Assembly (NCBI GenBank): GCA_033851875.1
Contig: JAWSVN010000038.1
Span: 2,914-66,913, forward strand
DNA: 64,000 nucleotides
Direction of reading: 5' to 3'
From: Acidimicrobiales bacterium
GTDB taxonomy: Bacteria > Actinomycetota > Acidimicrobiia > Acidimicrobiales > SZUA-35
The position numbers and the translations under genes are program-made. The notes below the pieces were generated by a model. That model was not told the origin of the DNA. It did not search any database and worked only from the letters and a program-made list of their open reading frames with translations. Numbering within the stretch: the stretch's first letter is position 1; every line of letters starts with the position of its first letter. Of this stretch, positions 45,386 to 54,835 are shown one piece after another.

Positions 45386-46409
45386 TGCCTTCGGTCTCCG
45401 CCGATTCGGCTGCGAGGTCGATCGCCGCCTCGCGCACCGCGAAACGGTGGGCGTAGCGGTCGGTGAAGAGCGCCGGGAGGCCGCCGGTGTGGACGAACAC
45501 GATCCGCTCCCCCGTATCCACCCTCCCGTTGGCCAGCGCGGCTCGGAGGCCGGTCATGGCCCGGCCCGAGTAGACGGGGTCGAGGACGAGCCCCTCGGTG
45601 TCGGCGACGAGACGGATCGTGTCGAAGAGTTCGTCGTAGGGCTCGCCGTAGGCGGGCGTGGCTTGGCTGGTGTCGAGCCGGACCTCGCCGGTCGGGGCGG
45701 GGCGACCCAGGTGCCGGGCCGCTGCGTCGGCAAGGGGCCCGATCGCCGACGCGACGCCGGCCACGGCGGCCACATCGACGCCCAACACCCGGTCGTGGGC
45801 GCCCAGGCCGACAGCGAGGCCGGCGTGGGTGCCGCCCGTCCCCACCGCCGTCACCACCAACGGGATGTGGCCATCGAGGGCACCGACGATCTCGTCGGCA
45901 GCGTCGGCGTAGGCCGCAGCTCCGACCGGCGACGACCCGCCCAGCGGGATCGAATAGGGCGAGCAGCCGTCGACCCGCAGCGCCTCGACCGTTCGACGCT
46001 GCACGTCGCGGCGTTCGGCCGGCCGGCACCAGACGACCTCGATGCCGAACAGGTCGTCGAGCACCAGGTTGCCCTCGACGGTGCGGGGCGCCTCACGCTC
46101 GGCCAGCACGGCCACGCAGCGCAGCCCGGCGGCACGAGCGGCGGCACCGGTGGCCCGAACGTGGTTGGACTGGGCCGCCCCTCCGGTGACGAGCACGTCG
46201 CAACGCTGAGCCACCGCATCGGCGACGAGCCGCTCGAGCTTGCGGGCCTTGTTGCCGCCGGCCGGAAGGCCAGTCAGGTCGTCGCGCTTGATCCAGAGCG
46301 CGCCGGCGTCCAGGCCGAGCGCCGCGCCCAGCCGGTCGGCGGGCTGGAGCGGGGTGTTCCGGGCGGCGAAGTCGATGCGGGGCACTCGGCCAGTCAACCA
46401 CGGGGACAA
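45378..46409 (-). CDS. PLP-dependent ACC deaminase / D-cysteine desulfhydrase family protein
   Basis: LWIKRDDLTGLPAGGNKARKLE (PLP-lysine context), GGAQSNHVRATA-like and GTGGTHAGL motifs. Confidence 0.85.
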   Translation of the reverse strand: MSPWLTGRVPRIDFAARNTPLQPADRLGAALGLDAGALWIKRDDLTGLPAGGNKARKLERLVADAVAQRCDVLVTGGAAQSNHVRATGAAARAAGLRCVAVLAEREAPRTVEGNLVLDDLFGIEVVWCRPAERRDVQRRTVEALRVDGCSPYSIPLGGSSPVGAAAYADAADEIVGALDGHIPLVVTAVGTGGTHAGLAVGLGAHDRVLGVDVAAVAGVASAIGPLADAAARHLGRPAPTGEVRLDTSQATPAYGEPYDELFDTIRLVADTEGLVLDPVYSGRAMTGLRAALANGRVDTGERIVFVHTGGLPALFTDRYAHRFAVREAAIDLAAESAETEGIS

Positions 46410-46450
46410 CCACGCCGTGAGGGCATCGAAACGCGCCTACCGTTGCGGGC

Positions 46451-47977
46451 GTGAACGATGTCGATCTCGAGCAGTGCCTGCGCCGCACTCTCACCAGCCG
46501 GGTCTACGACGTCGTCGACGAGACGCCCCTCGACCGGGCGCCGCAACTGAGCGAACGGCTCGGCCGGCCGGTGCTGCTCAAGCGAGAGGACCTCCAGCCG
46601 GTCTACTCGTTCAAGATTCGGGGCGCCTACAACAAGATGGCCCAGCTGCCGCCCGAAGAACTCGAGCGGGGCGTCGTCACGTCGTCGGCCGGCAACCACG
46701 CCCAGGGGGTCGCCCTCGCAGCCCAACATCTCGGCACCACGGCGGTGATCGTGATGCCCACGACCACCCCGGAGGTGAAGGTCGAGGCGGTCCGTGCCCG
46801 CGGCGCCGAGATCGTGTTGGCCGGCGTCAGCTACTCGGACTGCGCCACCACTGCGGCCGAGATCAGCAGGGAGCGTGGCCTCGCCTACATCCCACCCTTC
46901 GACGACGTCGAGGTGATGGCCGGGCAGGGCACGATCGGCATGGAGATCCTGCGCCAACACACCCGCCCGCTCGACGCCATCGTGGTACCGATCGGTGGCG
47001 GCGGACTGATCGCCGGGATCGCCGCCTACGTGAAGGCCGTCCGCCCCGGGGTCCGAATCGTGGGCGCCCAGACCGTCGATTCCGACGCGATGGCCCGGTC
47101 GGTGGCGGCGGGTGAGCGCGTCGAGCTCGACGAGGTCGGGCTGTTCGCCGACGGCACCGCGGTGAAGCTCGTTGGCGCACATACCTTCGAGGCCGCCCGC
47201 CGATGGGTCGACGACTTCGTCGTTGTCGACACCGACGCGATCTGCGCGGCGATCAAGGACGTGTTCGCCGACACCCGTGCGATTCTCGAACCGTCCGGGG
47301 CCCTCGCCGTCGCCGGGCTGAAGGCCTGGTCGGCCGACCACCCTGGCACCGGGCCGGTGGTGGCGGTGGCCAGCGGCGCCAACATGAACTTCGACCGCCT
47401 CCGGTTCGTGTCGGAGCGTGCCGAGATCGGCGAACAGCGGGAAGCGGTGTTCGCCGTGACGATCCCGGAGCGTCGTGGCAGCTTCCGACGTTTCTGCGAG
47501 ATCATCGGGCCGAGCCGATCGGTGACCGAGTTCAACTACCGCATCGCGGACGCGGAGGAGGCCTACGTGTTCGTCGGCATCCAGGTGGCCGATCGGGCCG
47601 AGGCGAGCGAGATCGCCGAGGCGTTCACCGCCGCGGGTCTCGACACCCTCGACCTGACCGACGACGAACTGGCCAAGGTCCATCTCCGACATCTCGTCGG
47701 CGGACGATCGCACCTCGCTCGCGACGAGCGGATCCATCGCTTCGAATTCCCGGAACGGCCCGGCGCCCTGATCCGGTTCCTGACGTCGATGGCCCCCGAC
47801 TGGAACATCTCGCTGTTCCACTACCGCAACCACGGCGCCGACGTCGGGCGTGTCCTCGTGGGGATGCAGGTGCCGAGCGGTGACGACGAGGCATTCGGGG
47901 AGTTCCTACGAGGCCTCGGCTATCGCTCGTGGGATGAGAGCGACCATCCGGCGTACCGGAAGTTCCTCGGGGCCTGA
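46451..47977 (+). CDS. ilvA: Biosynthetic threonine ammonia-lyase (threonine dehydratase) with two ACT-like regulatory repeats
   Basis: 508 aa. LKREDLQPVYSFKIRGAYNKM (PLP Lys), SAGNHAQGVA, GGGGLIAG, and a duplicated C-terminal regulatory domain. Confidence 0.95.
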   Translation: MNDVDLEQCLRRTLTSRVYDVVDETPLDRAPQLSERLGRPVLLKREDLQPVYSFKIRGAYNKMAQLPPEELERGVVTSSAGNHAQGVALAAQHLGTTAVIVMPTTTPEVKVEAVRARGAEIVLAGVSYSDCATTAAEISRERGLAYIPPFDDVEVMAGQGTIGMEILRQHTRPLDAIVVPIGGGGLIAGIAAYVKAVRPGVRIVGAQTVDSDAMARSVAAGERVELDEVGLFADGTAVKLVGAHTFEAARRWVDDFVVVDTDAICAAIKDVFADTRAILEPSGALAVAGLKAWSADHPGTGPVVAVASGANMNFDRLRFVSERAEIGEQREAVFAVTIPERRGSFRRFCEIIGPSRSVTEFNYRIADAEEAYVFVGIQVADRAEASEIAEAFTAAGLDTLDLTDDELAKVHLRHLVGGRSHLARDERIHRFEFPERPGALIRFLTSMAPDWNISLFHYRNHGADVGRVLVGMQVPSGDDEAFGEFLRGLGYRSWDESDHPAYRKFLGA

Positions 47978-48228
47978 TCGAGCCCGACTCCCGGCGGGAG
48001 GACCTTGAACCCGCCCGGGCGGCGGGCGGCGGCATACCGCCCGGGCGAGATCGAGGTGCACATCGGCGTGGCGATCCGAGATCGAACCAGGCCGGGTGCA
48101 GCGGCTCCTTGCGGGAACATGCACCAATCTAGTTGACATCTTCCTCACAAGCGACCCCTCGGGCTGAAAATTTCGCTCCAGGAGTGGGATCGCGGCGACT
48201 TCGGGTCGGTCCGGGACGTGCTCGGAGG

Positions 48229-48795
48229 TCAGCGAAGCGAGGTCAGGGCGTGTCCCCCGTTGATCGAAGACGCCCCCGCTGCGGCTGCCGGGGCCGCCGG
48301 GCGGTTGCCGCTCGAACGGCCGAGCGCCCATCCCGCAACGGCTTGGGTGAGCCATTGCGAGGTGACGACGAGGGCCTCGCCGTCGATCACGAAGAGGACC
48401 GAACGCCCGCGGGGCATGCGCCGGACCAAGCCTGCGTCCTCGAGCGTCACGAGATGCTTGAGGACGGCCTGGCGGGAGATGTCGAAGTGCTTCGCGAGCA
48501 TCGAGGCGCTCTGCGGCCCGAGCTCGCTGATCAGGTCGAGGATTCGACGACGAACGGGGTCGGCGAGCGCCGAGAGACCGTTGGCGTGATCGTCGACGGT
48601 ACGAGCCTCGGGGGCGGCCGACTGGTCCTCGACCCGACGGCTGTGATCGGCCGGCCGACCGGCGTCGAGATGCGCTCCTCCCGTGACGAGGCGGGGGGCG
48701 CCGAAGCCGCTCGGTCGGGGGGCACGGAGATCATCCGTACGCCGGGCGGGACGCCCCGCAGTGGTCAGGTCCAAACGTGTGCTGCGGTCATCCAT
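48229..48795 (-). CDS. ArsR/SmtB-family HTH regulator (no cysteines)
   Basis: ALADPVRRRILDLISELGPQSASMLAKHFDISRQAVLKHLVTLEDAGLV is the ArsR wHTH. ATG at 48795. The 188-aa sequence contains no Cys, so the canonical metal/arsenite CxC site is absent. Confidence 0.8.
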   Translation of the reverse strand: MDDRSTRLDLTTAGRPARRTDDLRAPRPSGFGAPRLVTGGAHLDAGRPADHSRRVEDQSAAPEARTVDDHANGLSALADPVRRRILDLISELGPQSASMLAKHFDISRQAVLKHLVTLEDAGLVRRMPRGRSVLFVIDGEALVVTSQWLTQAVAGWALGRSSGNRPAAPAAAAGASSINGGHALTSLR

Positions 48796-48846
48796 GAACG
48801 CAGTGTCGGACAGCCGAACTCACTGGGCAACGACCCTGTTTCAGAA

Positions 48847-48876
48847 TGACCAAATGTGGTCACCGTCACATGGTGA
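48847..48876 (-). promoter_or_regulatory. Overlapping palindromes TGACCAAATGTGGTCA and TCACCGTCACATGGTGA: candidate ArsR-type operator
   Basis: A perfect 6-4-6 palindrome (48847-48862) and a 5-7-5 palindrome (48860-48876) read directly. They lie 52-81 nt upstream of the ArsR ATG, in a locally AT-richer stretch. Confidence 0.5.
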
Positions 48877-48936
48877 AGGTGCGCCAAGGGTGCTGACGCC
48901 GCCCGATCAGGCCGCCTCGAATCGGCGGAATCCCAG

Positions 48937-49131
48937 CTACTGGCCGCCCTTTTGGATGTACGACTTCACGAAGTCCTCGGCGTTGGTCTCGAGGACGTCA
49001 TCGATCTCGTCGAGCAGATCGTCGAGCTCTGCCTTGAGCTTCTCGCCCGACTCGGTCGACGCCGGCGTCTCCTCGACCGACTCGTCGTCGCGCCGGGTGG
49101 TCGACTTCTTCTTCTGCTCCCGCTCGGCCAT
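48937..49131 (-). CDS. pup: Prokaryotic ubiquitin-like protein Pup
   Basis: 64 aa, MAEREQKKK...LDDLLDEIDDVLETNAEDFVKSYIQKGGQ*, with the diagnostic C-terminal GGQ. GGAGG RBS upstream. The remainder of track ORF 48937..49689 is over-extension. Confidence 0.95.
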   Translation of the reverse strand: MAEREQKKKSTTRRDDESVEETPASTESGEKLKAELDDLLDEIDDVLETNAEDFVKSYIQKGGQ

Positions 49132-49157
49132 CGCTGAACCTCCGTCGATCGAGTGGA

Positions 49158-50669
49158 TCAGGCCCCGAGCTTGTCGAGCAGCTCGGCGGCGGTCGTGCTC
49201 TCGTCGAGCAACTGACCCACGTGGGCGAGCGTACCCCGGACCGGTTCGAGCATGGGAACGCGGCGCAACGGTTCGTCGCCGGTATCGAACACGATCGAGT
49301 CCCAGTTGGCGGCCACGACGTTGTCGGCGAACTTCTGAAGGCAGCGCCCGCGGAAGTAGGCCCGAGTGTCCTCGGGCGGGTTGCGGACCGCGTCGGCGGC
49401 CTCGGCGTCGTCGACGATCGCTTCGAGGCCGGCGCGCGCCGCCAGCGACTTGGTCGGCCGCAGGTCGTGGTACTGCACGTCGAGCGCCCTCAGCCGCGGG
49501 TCGTCCCAGCCGCAGTCGTGCCGCTCGCGGAATCCGTCGAGGATGCGCTTCTTGGCCACCCAGTCGACCTGGCCGGCGACGGAGTCGGGGTCGCGTTCGA
49601 GGCCGGTCAACACCTGCTCCCATCGACGAAGCACGTCGCGGGTCACCTCCTCGCCACCGACGACGTCGAGATCGGCCTGGTCGGCCCACGCCGTGGCCTG
49701 CTCGAGCAGGTCGAGCTGCACCTCGAGGGCGGTGATCGACGTCCCGCCGGCGAGCGCCAGGGGTTCGGCGAGGCTCAGGTCATGGCTCACCTGGTGCATC
49801 GCCGGCACCGGTTCACGGAACATCGGCACCTCGAGCACGCCGTCCTCGGCCATGGCGAACACCAGGGCCGAGGTGCCGACCTTCAGGAAGGTGGCAACCT
49901 GGGCGAGGTTGGCGTCGCCGACGATCACGTGAAGGCGCCGGTAGCGCTGGGAGTCGGCGTGGGGCTCGTCGCGGGTGTTGATGATCGGCCGCTTGAGCGT
50001 CGTCTCGAGGCCGACCTCCTCCTCGAAGTGCTCGGCCCGCTGGGTGAGCTGGAACGGCACGTCGCCGATGCCCATCCCAGGGAGTTCGCTGCCGACCTTG
50101 CCCGAGCCGGTGAAGATCTGACGGGTGATGAAGTGGGCGGTGCCCGCGGCGATGATCTGCCCGAACGGCAACGATCGGTCGAGGAGGTAGTTCTCGTGGG
50201 TGCCGTAGGCGTTGCCCTTGCGGTCGGTGTTGTCCTTGTAGAGGACGATCTCCTGCCCGGGCGGCAGGGCGTCGATCGCCCGCTCCATCGAGGCGACGGC
50301 GATCAACTCGGCGGCCCGGTCCCACACGACGATCGAGCGGGCGTCGCGGCACTCCGGGGTCGAGATCTCGGGGTGGGCGTGGTCGACGTAGTAGCGGGCG
50401 CCGTTGGTCAGCACCGCGTTGACGAGATGGGTCTCGATCTCCGGCGGCATGGCGAACTCGGGCGGCACGAGCTCACGGGCGTCGGCGCCCGGGGTCTCGT
50501 CGATGAAGTCCCAGGCGATCGGCACCGACCGTTCATCGAGGCCGCCGGTCTCGCCGCCGACGTACGCGTTGATCACCAACGACGAGGCCGACACCGGGTT
50601 CCAGTCGGGGGTGCCACGCACCATGACCCCGAGTTCGGTCTCGATGCCGACGATCTTGGGCAGCGCCAT
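49158..50669 (-). CDS. dop: Pup deamidase/depupylase Dop
   Basis: MALPKIVGIETELGV..., GARYYVDHAHPEISTPEC, and a Dop-specific insert relative to PafA. It lies immediately upstream of pup. Confidence 0.95.
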   Translation of the reverse strand: MALPKIVGIETELGVMVRGTPDWNPVSASSLVINAYVGGETGGLDERSVPIAWDFIDETPGADARELVPPEFAMPPEIETHLVNAVLTNGARYYVDHAHPEISTPECRDARSIVVWDRAAELIAVASMERAIDALPPGQEIVLYKDNTDRKGNAYGTHENYLLDRSLPFGQIIAAGTAHFITRQIFTGSGKVGSELPGMGIGDVPFQLTQRAEHFEEEVGLETTLKRPIINTRDEPHADSQRYRRLHVIVGDANLAQVATFLKVGTSALVFAMAEDGVLEVPMFREPVPAMHQVSHDLSLAEPLALAGGTSITALEVQLDLLEQATAWADQADLDVVGGEEVTRDVLRRWEQVLTGLERDPDSVAGQVDWVAKKRILDGFRERHDCGWDDPRLRALDVQYHDLRPTKSLAARAGLEAIVDDAEAADAVRNPPEDTRAYFRGRCLQKFADNVVAANWDSIVFDTGDEPLRRVPMLEPVRGTLAHVGQLLDESTTAAELLDKLGA

Positions 50670-50763
50670 GGGTCAGACCCTAGAGCCCGCGCCCGCGATC
50701 CCGGCAGCCGAGCCCAACGCTCGCCCGCAACAGAGGCGATGGGCGATCAGAGGAAACGTCCGG

Positions 50764-52587
50764 TCAGAGGTACTGCCCGGTGGTGACCTGTTCGATCGAG
50801 CGGCCGCCGGTAGCGCTGCCGTCGGTGTCGTTGTTGATCAGGGTCCGCACGTACACGATGCGCTCGCCCTTCTTGCCGGAGATCTTGGCCCAGTCGTCCG
50901 GGTTGGTCGTGTTGGGCAGGTCCTCGTGTTCCTTGAACTCCTGGGTGACCGAGGCCAAGAGGTCCTCGCCCTTGATGCCGCGCTCACCGATGTCGAGGAA
51001 GCGCTTGATCGCCAGCTTCTTGGATCGCCGCACGACGTTCTCGATCATGGCGCCGGAGGAGAAGTCCTTGAAGTAGAGGATCTCCTTGTCGCCGTTCTGG
51101 TAGGTCACCTCGAGGAAGCGCGTGTCGTCGTCGGCCCGGTACATGTGCTCGGCAGCCTTGGCCACCATCGACTCGATCGCACGGTCGATCGAACCGGCGG
51201 CCGACACCTCCGAGGCGTGGATCGGCAGCTGCGAGGTGAGGTAGCTGGCGAAGATCTTCTTCGCCGACTCCTCGTCGGGCCGCTCGATCTTGATCTTCAC
51301 ATCGAGGCGGCCCGGGCGCAGGATGGCCGGGTCGATCAGGTCCTCGCGGTTGGAGGCGCCGATCACGATCGTGTTCTTGAGCGTCTCTACCCCGTCGATC
51401 TCGGCGAGGAGCTGGGGGACGATCGTCGACTCGATATCGGAGCTGATACCCGACCCGCGGGTGCGGAACAAGCTCTCCATCTCGTCGAAGAAGATGATGA
51501 CCGGCATGCCCTCTTCGGATTTCTCGCGGGCCCGCTGGAAGATCAGACGGATCTGGCGCTCGGTCTCACCGACGTACTTGTTGAGCAGCTCCGGGCCCTT
51601 GATGTTGAGGAAGAAGCTGCGCGACTCCGAATCGCCAGACACCTCGGCCACCTTGCGGGCGAGCGACGCCGCCACCGCCTTGGCGATCATCGTCTTGCCA
51701 CAGCCGGGAGGCCCGTAGAGCAGGATGCCCTTCGGCGCCGGCAGCTCGTGCTCGGCGTAGAGGTCGGCGTGGAGGAAGGGCAGCTCGACGGCGTCGACGA
51801 TCTCGGAGATCTGGGCGTCGAGGCCACCGATGTCCTCGTAGCGGACGTCGGGCACCTCTTCGAGCACGAGGTCCTCGACCTCGGCCTTCGGGAGCTTCTC
51901 GATCAGCAGCGAGGATCGGGTCTCGAGCAGCATCGAGTCGCCGGCGCGGATGTGAACGTCGCGCAGCATCGCGGCCAGCTCGACGACCCGTTCCTCGTCG
52001 CCCCGACCGATGACGATGGCCCGCAGGCCGTCCTCGATGGTCTCCTTGACCGTGACGATCTCGCCGGACCGTTCCGGGCCCCGCACCTTCACGACGTTGT
52101 AGGACTCGTTGAGCACGACCTCGGCACCGCGCACGAGCTCCTCGGCCCCGATCGCAGGATGGACCTCCACCCGCATCTTGCGCCCGTTGGTGTAGACGTC
52201 GGCCGAGTGATCGTCGTTGAGGTCGAGCAGGGTGCCGTACGCAGAGGGCGGCTGGGCCAGCTTGTCGACTTCCTCGCGCAGCGCGGTGATGTGTTCGCGC
52301 GCTTCGCGCAGGGTGTAGGTGAGCTTCTCGTTCTGGGTGACGGCCTGGGCCAGCTGCCCCTTGGTGTCGAGCAGCCGTTCCTCGAGGGTTCGGACTCGAC
52401 GCGGCGCGTCCTGGAGCCGGCGTCGGAGGGTGACGATCTCCTCCTCCATCGCCTTGAGCTGTTCCTGGAGTTCGGCCATCTCGATCTCGTAAGCCGACAG
52501 CCGACGTTCGTACTCGGACTTGTTGACGGGACTGCCTCCCTGTGCGACGGGTGGATCTGCGAGCGACCCTACACCTGTTGTCGGCAC
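50764..52587 (-). CDS. arc: Proteasome-associated AAA ATPase ARC/Mpa
   Basis: N-terminal coiled coil, OB domains, Walker A GPPGCGKT, Walker B IIFFDE, and a C-terminal ...TGQYL* proteasome-docking tail. GTG start at 52587 is uncertain. Confidence 0.95.
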   Translation of the reverse strand: MPTTGVGSLADPPVAQGGSPVNKSEYERRLSAYEIEMAELQEQLKAMEEEIVTLRRRLQDAPRRVRTLEERLLDTKGQLAQAVTQNEKLTYTLREAREHITALREEVDKLAQPPSAYGTLLDLNDDHSADVYTNGRKMRVEVHPAIGAEELVRGAEVVLNESYNVVKVRGPERSGEIVTVKETIEDGLRAIVIGRGDEERVVELAAMLRDVHIRAGDSMLLETRSSLLIEKLPKAEVEDLVLEEVPDVRYEDIGGLDAQISEIVDAVELPFLHADLYAEHELPAPKGILLYGPPGCGKTMIAKAVAASLARKVAEVSGDSESRSFFLNIKGPELLNKYVGETERQIRLIFQRAREKSEEGMPVIIFFDEMESLFRTRGSGISSDIESTIVPQLLAEIDGVETLKNTIVIGASNREDLIDPAILRPGRLDVKIKIERPDEESAKKIFASYLTSQLPIHASEVSAAGSIDRAIESMVAKAAEHMYRADDDTRFLEVTYQNGDKEILYFKDFSSGAMIENVVRRSKKLAIKRFLDIGERGIKGEDLLASVTQEFKEHEDLPNTTNPDDWAKISGKKGERIVYVRTLINNDTDGSATGGRSIEQVTTGQYL

Positions 52588-52676
52588 GACGAAGAACGGT
52601 TCCAGGGTCGGTTCGATGAAAGCTCTGTGACGCGATCGGCCACGCCACCGACCGGAGGCGACGCGGGTCTACCCGC

Positions 52677-54809
52677 TCAAGCGGGCTCGACCGTGTCCCA
52701 GCCGAGGGCCCAGAGCACGAAGGCGAGGGTCCGGGCCTCGTCACGCCAGCCGGCGTAGCGACCGCTCGGCCCGAAGTGGCCGGCGCCGAGCTCGGTCCGC
52801 AGGAGGACCGGCCGGTCGCTCGTCGAGTGGTCTCGCAACGCCAGCACCCACTTGGCCGGCTCCCAGAAGCCGACCCGGGGGTCGCTCAGGCCGCCGGTGG
52901 CGTAGACCGCCGGGTAGGGGCGCTCGTCGACGTTCTCCAACGGGGCGTACGTGCGCATGACCCGGTAGATCGACTCGTCGTCGACCGGGTTGCCCCACTC
53001 CTCCCACTCGGTGACGGTGAGGGGCAGGGTGGCGTCGCTCATCGTCGAGATCACGTCGACGAAGGGCACCTCGGCGACGGCGGCACCGAACAGCTCGGGC
53101 GCCCGGTTGAGCACCGCGCCGACGAGCAGTCCGCCGGCCGAGCCGCCTCGCAGCGCGAGCCGCGACGGCTGGGTGAGCCCAGCGTCGATCAGGTGGCGGG
53201 CCGCGGCCTCGGTGTCGCCGAACGTGTTGACCTTGCGAGCGAACTTGCCGTCCTCGTACCAGCGCCGCCCCATCTCGCCGCCGCCACGGGGATGGGCGAG
53301 GGCGAACACGAAGCCGCGGTCGAGCAGGAGCAGCCGGATCGTCGAGAACGTCGGGTCCATCGACGCCTCGTAAGCGCCGTACGCGTAGAGCAGGGCCGGG
53401 CCGGGACCATCGATCCCGGCGGCGGCGAGAAGGTCGTCGCGGTCGACCCGGGCGACACAGCTGACCGGCACCCGGGTGCCGTCGGCGGCGGTGGCCCACT
53501 CCCGCCAGGTGCGGTAGCGGCTCGGGTCGAAGTCGCCGAGCACAGGCTGCTGCTTGAGCAGGGTGTCGTCGCCGGTGCGGAGATCGTGGAGCCGCACGCT
53601 CGACGGGGTCACCATCGAGCTGTAGCCGTAGCGGAACTCGGGGTCGTCGAGATTGGCGTTGGCACCGGCCCACACGGTCGCCACCGGTTCGGGGGTGGGC
53701 AGGGGCGTGAACGCGTCGAGGCCCTCGACTGCGAACCGGTCCCACGGGGCGAGGCCGACGCGGGTGACGCCGTCAGCCCGCTCGAACACCGCGAGGTGGC
53801 TGCGGAACACGTCGAACCCGGTGAGCATCACGTCGGGGCGTTCCGCGATCAGCTCGGTCCAGTCGTCCGGATGCGTGGCGTCGAGGGCGGTCTCGCACAG
53901 CCGGAAGTTGGTGGCGCCCCGGTCGTTGGTCAGCACCAGGAACCGACCGTCGAAGTGGCCGATCGAGTACTCGACGCCCTGGCGCCGTTCGGCGAACCGT
54001 CGGGGCTCGGCGGTGGGGTCGTCGGCCGGGATCAGCCACGTCTCGTCGGTGACCGCGGAGGACACTCCGATGTGGATGAAGGTGTCGTCCTTGTCGCGCC
54101 CGACCGCGCAGAAGAACCGCTCGTCGGGCTCGTGGAAGACACGCACGTCGTCAGCGGGGTCGGCGCCCAGGGTGTGCCGCCACACCTCGTGGGGTCGGTT
54201 GGCGTCGTCGGCCCGCAGGTAGAAGAAGGTCTTGTTGTCGACCGACCACGCGGAGCCGTAGGTGACGCCGGCGATCGTCTCTCCCGGACCGTCCTGGCCA
54301 TCGAGGGGGCGGATCGTGAGGTCGAATCGCTCGTCACCGTCGCGGTCGGCGCCCCACAGCAGCCAACGATGGTCGGGCGAGATCTCGAAGACGCCGATCT
54401 CGAAGTACTCGTCGTCGCCGGCCTCGACGTTCTCGTCGAAGACGCACTGTTCGAACTCGTCGGCCGGCGGAGCGAGGAGCAACGGCTCGTCCGGGGCGAG
54501 AGCACGACGGAAGTGGGCGGCGTAGTCCTTGCCCTCCTCGGTGCGGGCGTAGTAGATCCAGCCGTCCTTGCGCACCGGCACCGACATGTCGGTCTCCTGG
54601 ACGCGGACCTTGATCTCGTCGAACAGGCGGGCCTGGAGGTCCTCGGTCGGCCGCAGCATCTCGTCGACGTAGGCGTTCTCGGCCTCGAGGTGGGCCAGCA
54701 CCTCGGGCGACTCGGCGTCGCGCAACCAGGCGTGGGGGTCGGTGACCGTCTCGCCCCACAGGGTGCGGTCGACGGGGCGGGGCTCGGGACGAGGAGGCTG
54801 GGGCGTCAT
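52677..54809 (-). CDS. ptrB: Oligopeptidase B / prolyl oligopeptidase family S9A serine protease
   Basis: 710 aa. N-terminal beta-propeller. Catalytic GGSAGGLLVGAV (Ser) plus downstream Asp/His contexts (DPRV, GAGHFG). Confidence 0.9.
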   Translation of the reverse strand: MTPQPPRPEPRPVDRTLWGETVTDPHAWLRDAESPEVLAHLEAENAYVDEMLRPTEDLQARLFDEIKVRVQETDMSVPVRKDGWIYYARTEEGKDYAAHFRRALAPDEPLLLAPPADEFEQCVFDENVEAGDDEYFEIGVFEISPDHRWLLWGADRDGDERFDLTIRPLDGQDGPGETIAGVTYGSAWSVDNKTFFYLRADDANRPHEVWRHTLGADPADDVRVFHEPDERFFCAVGRDKDDTFIHIGVSSAVTDETWLIPADDPTAEPRRFAERRQGVEYSIGHFDGRFLVLTNDRGATNFRLCETALDATHPDDWTELIAERPDVMLTGFDVFRSHLAVFERADGVTRVGLAPWDRFAVEGLDAFTPLPTPEPVATVWAGANANLDDPEFRYGYSSMVTPSSVRLHDLRTGDDTLLKQQPVLGDFDPSRYRTWREWATAADGTRVPVSCVARVDRDDLLAAAGIDGPGPALLYAYGAYEASMDPTFSTIRLLLLDRGFVFALAHPRGGGEMGRRWYEDGKFARKVNTFGDTEAAARHLIDAGLTQPSRLALRGGSAGGLLVGAVLNRAPELFGAAVAEVPFVDVISTMSDATLPLTVTEWEEWGNPVDDESIYRVMRTYAPLENVDERPYPAVYATGGLSDPRVGFWEPAKWVLALRDHSTSDRPVLLRTELGAGHFGPSGRYAGWRDEARTLAFVLWALGWDTVEPA

Positions 54810-54835
54810 CGCCGGTCAGACTAGGTTCGCCGTCG

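Noticed and set aside
48050-48125. tRNA-like or tRNA-fragment signal (gatcgaacc / ggttcgatc resembling a T-loop) in the ilvA-ArsR convergent spacer.
   Set aside because: I could not fold it into a cloverleaf. There are no complementary T-stem arms, no acceptor stem and no anticodon arm. The flanking ggtgca...tgcacc inverted match is only 6 bp.
47978-48228. 250-bp AT-richer convergent intergenic region with a TTGACA hexamer (48133-48138) and two copies of the palindrome CCGCCCGGGCG(G) at about 48011-48048.
   Set aside because: There is no plausible -10 element at the proper spacing and no ORF with coding character. The palindromes may simply be terminator-like structures for ilvA. This is not enough to call an sRNA or promoter.
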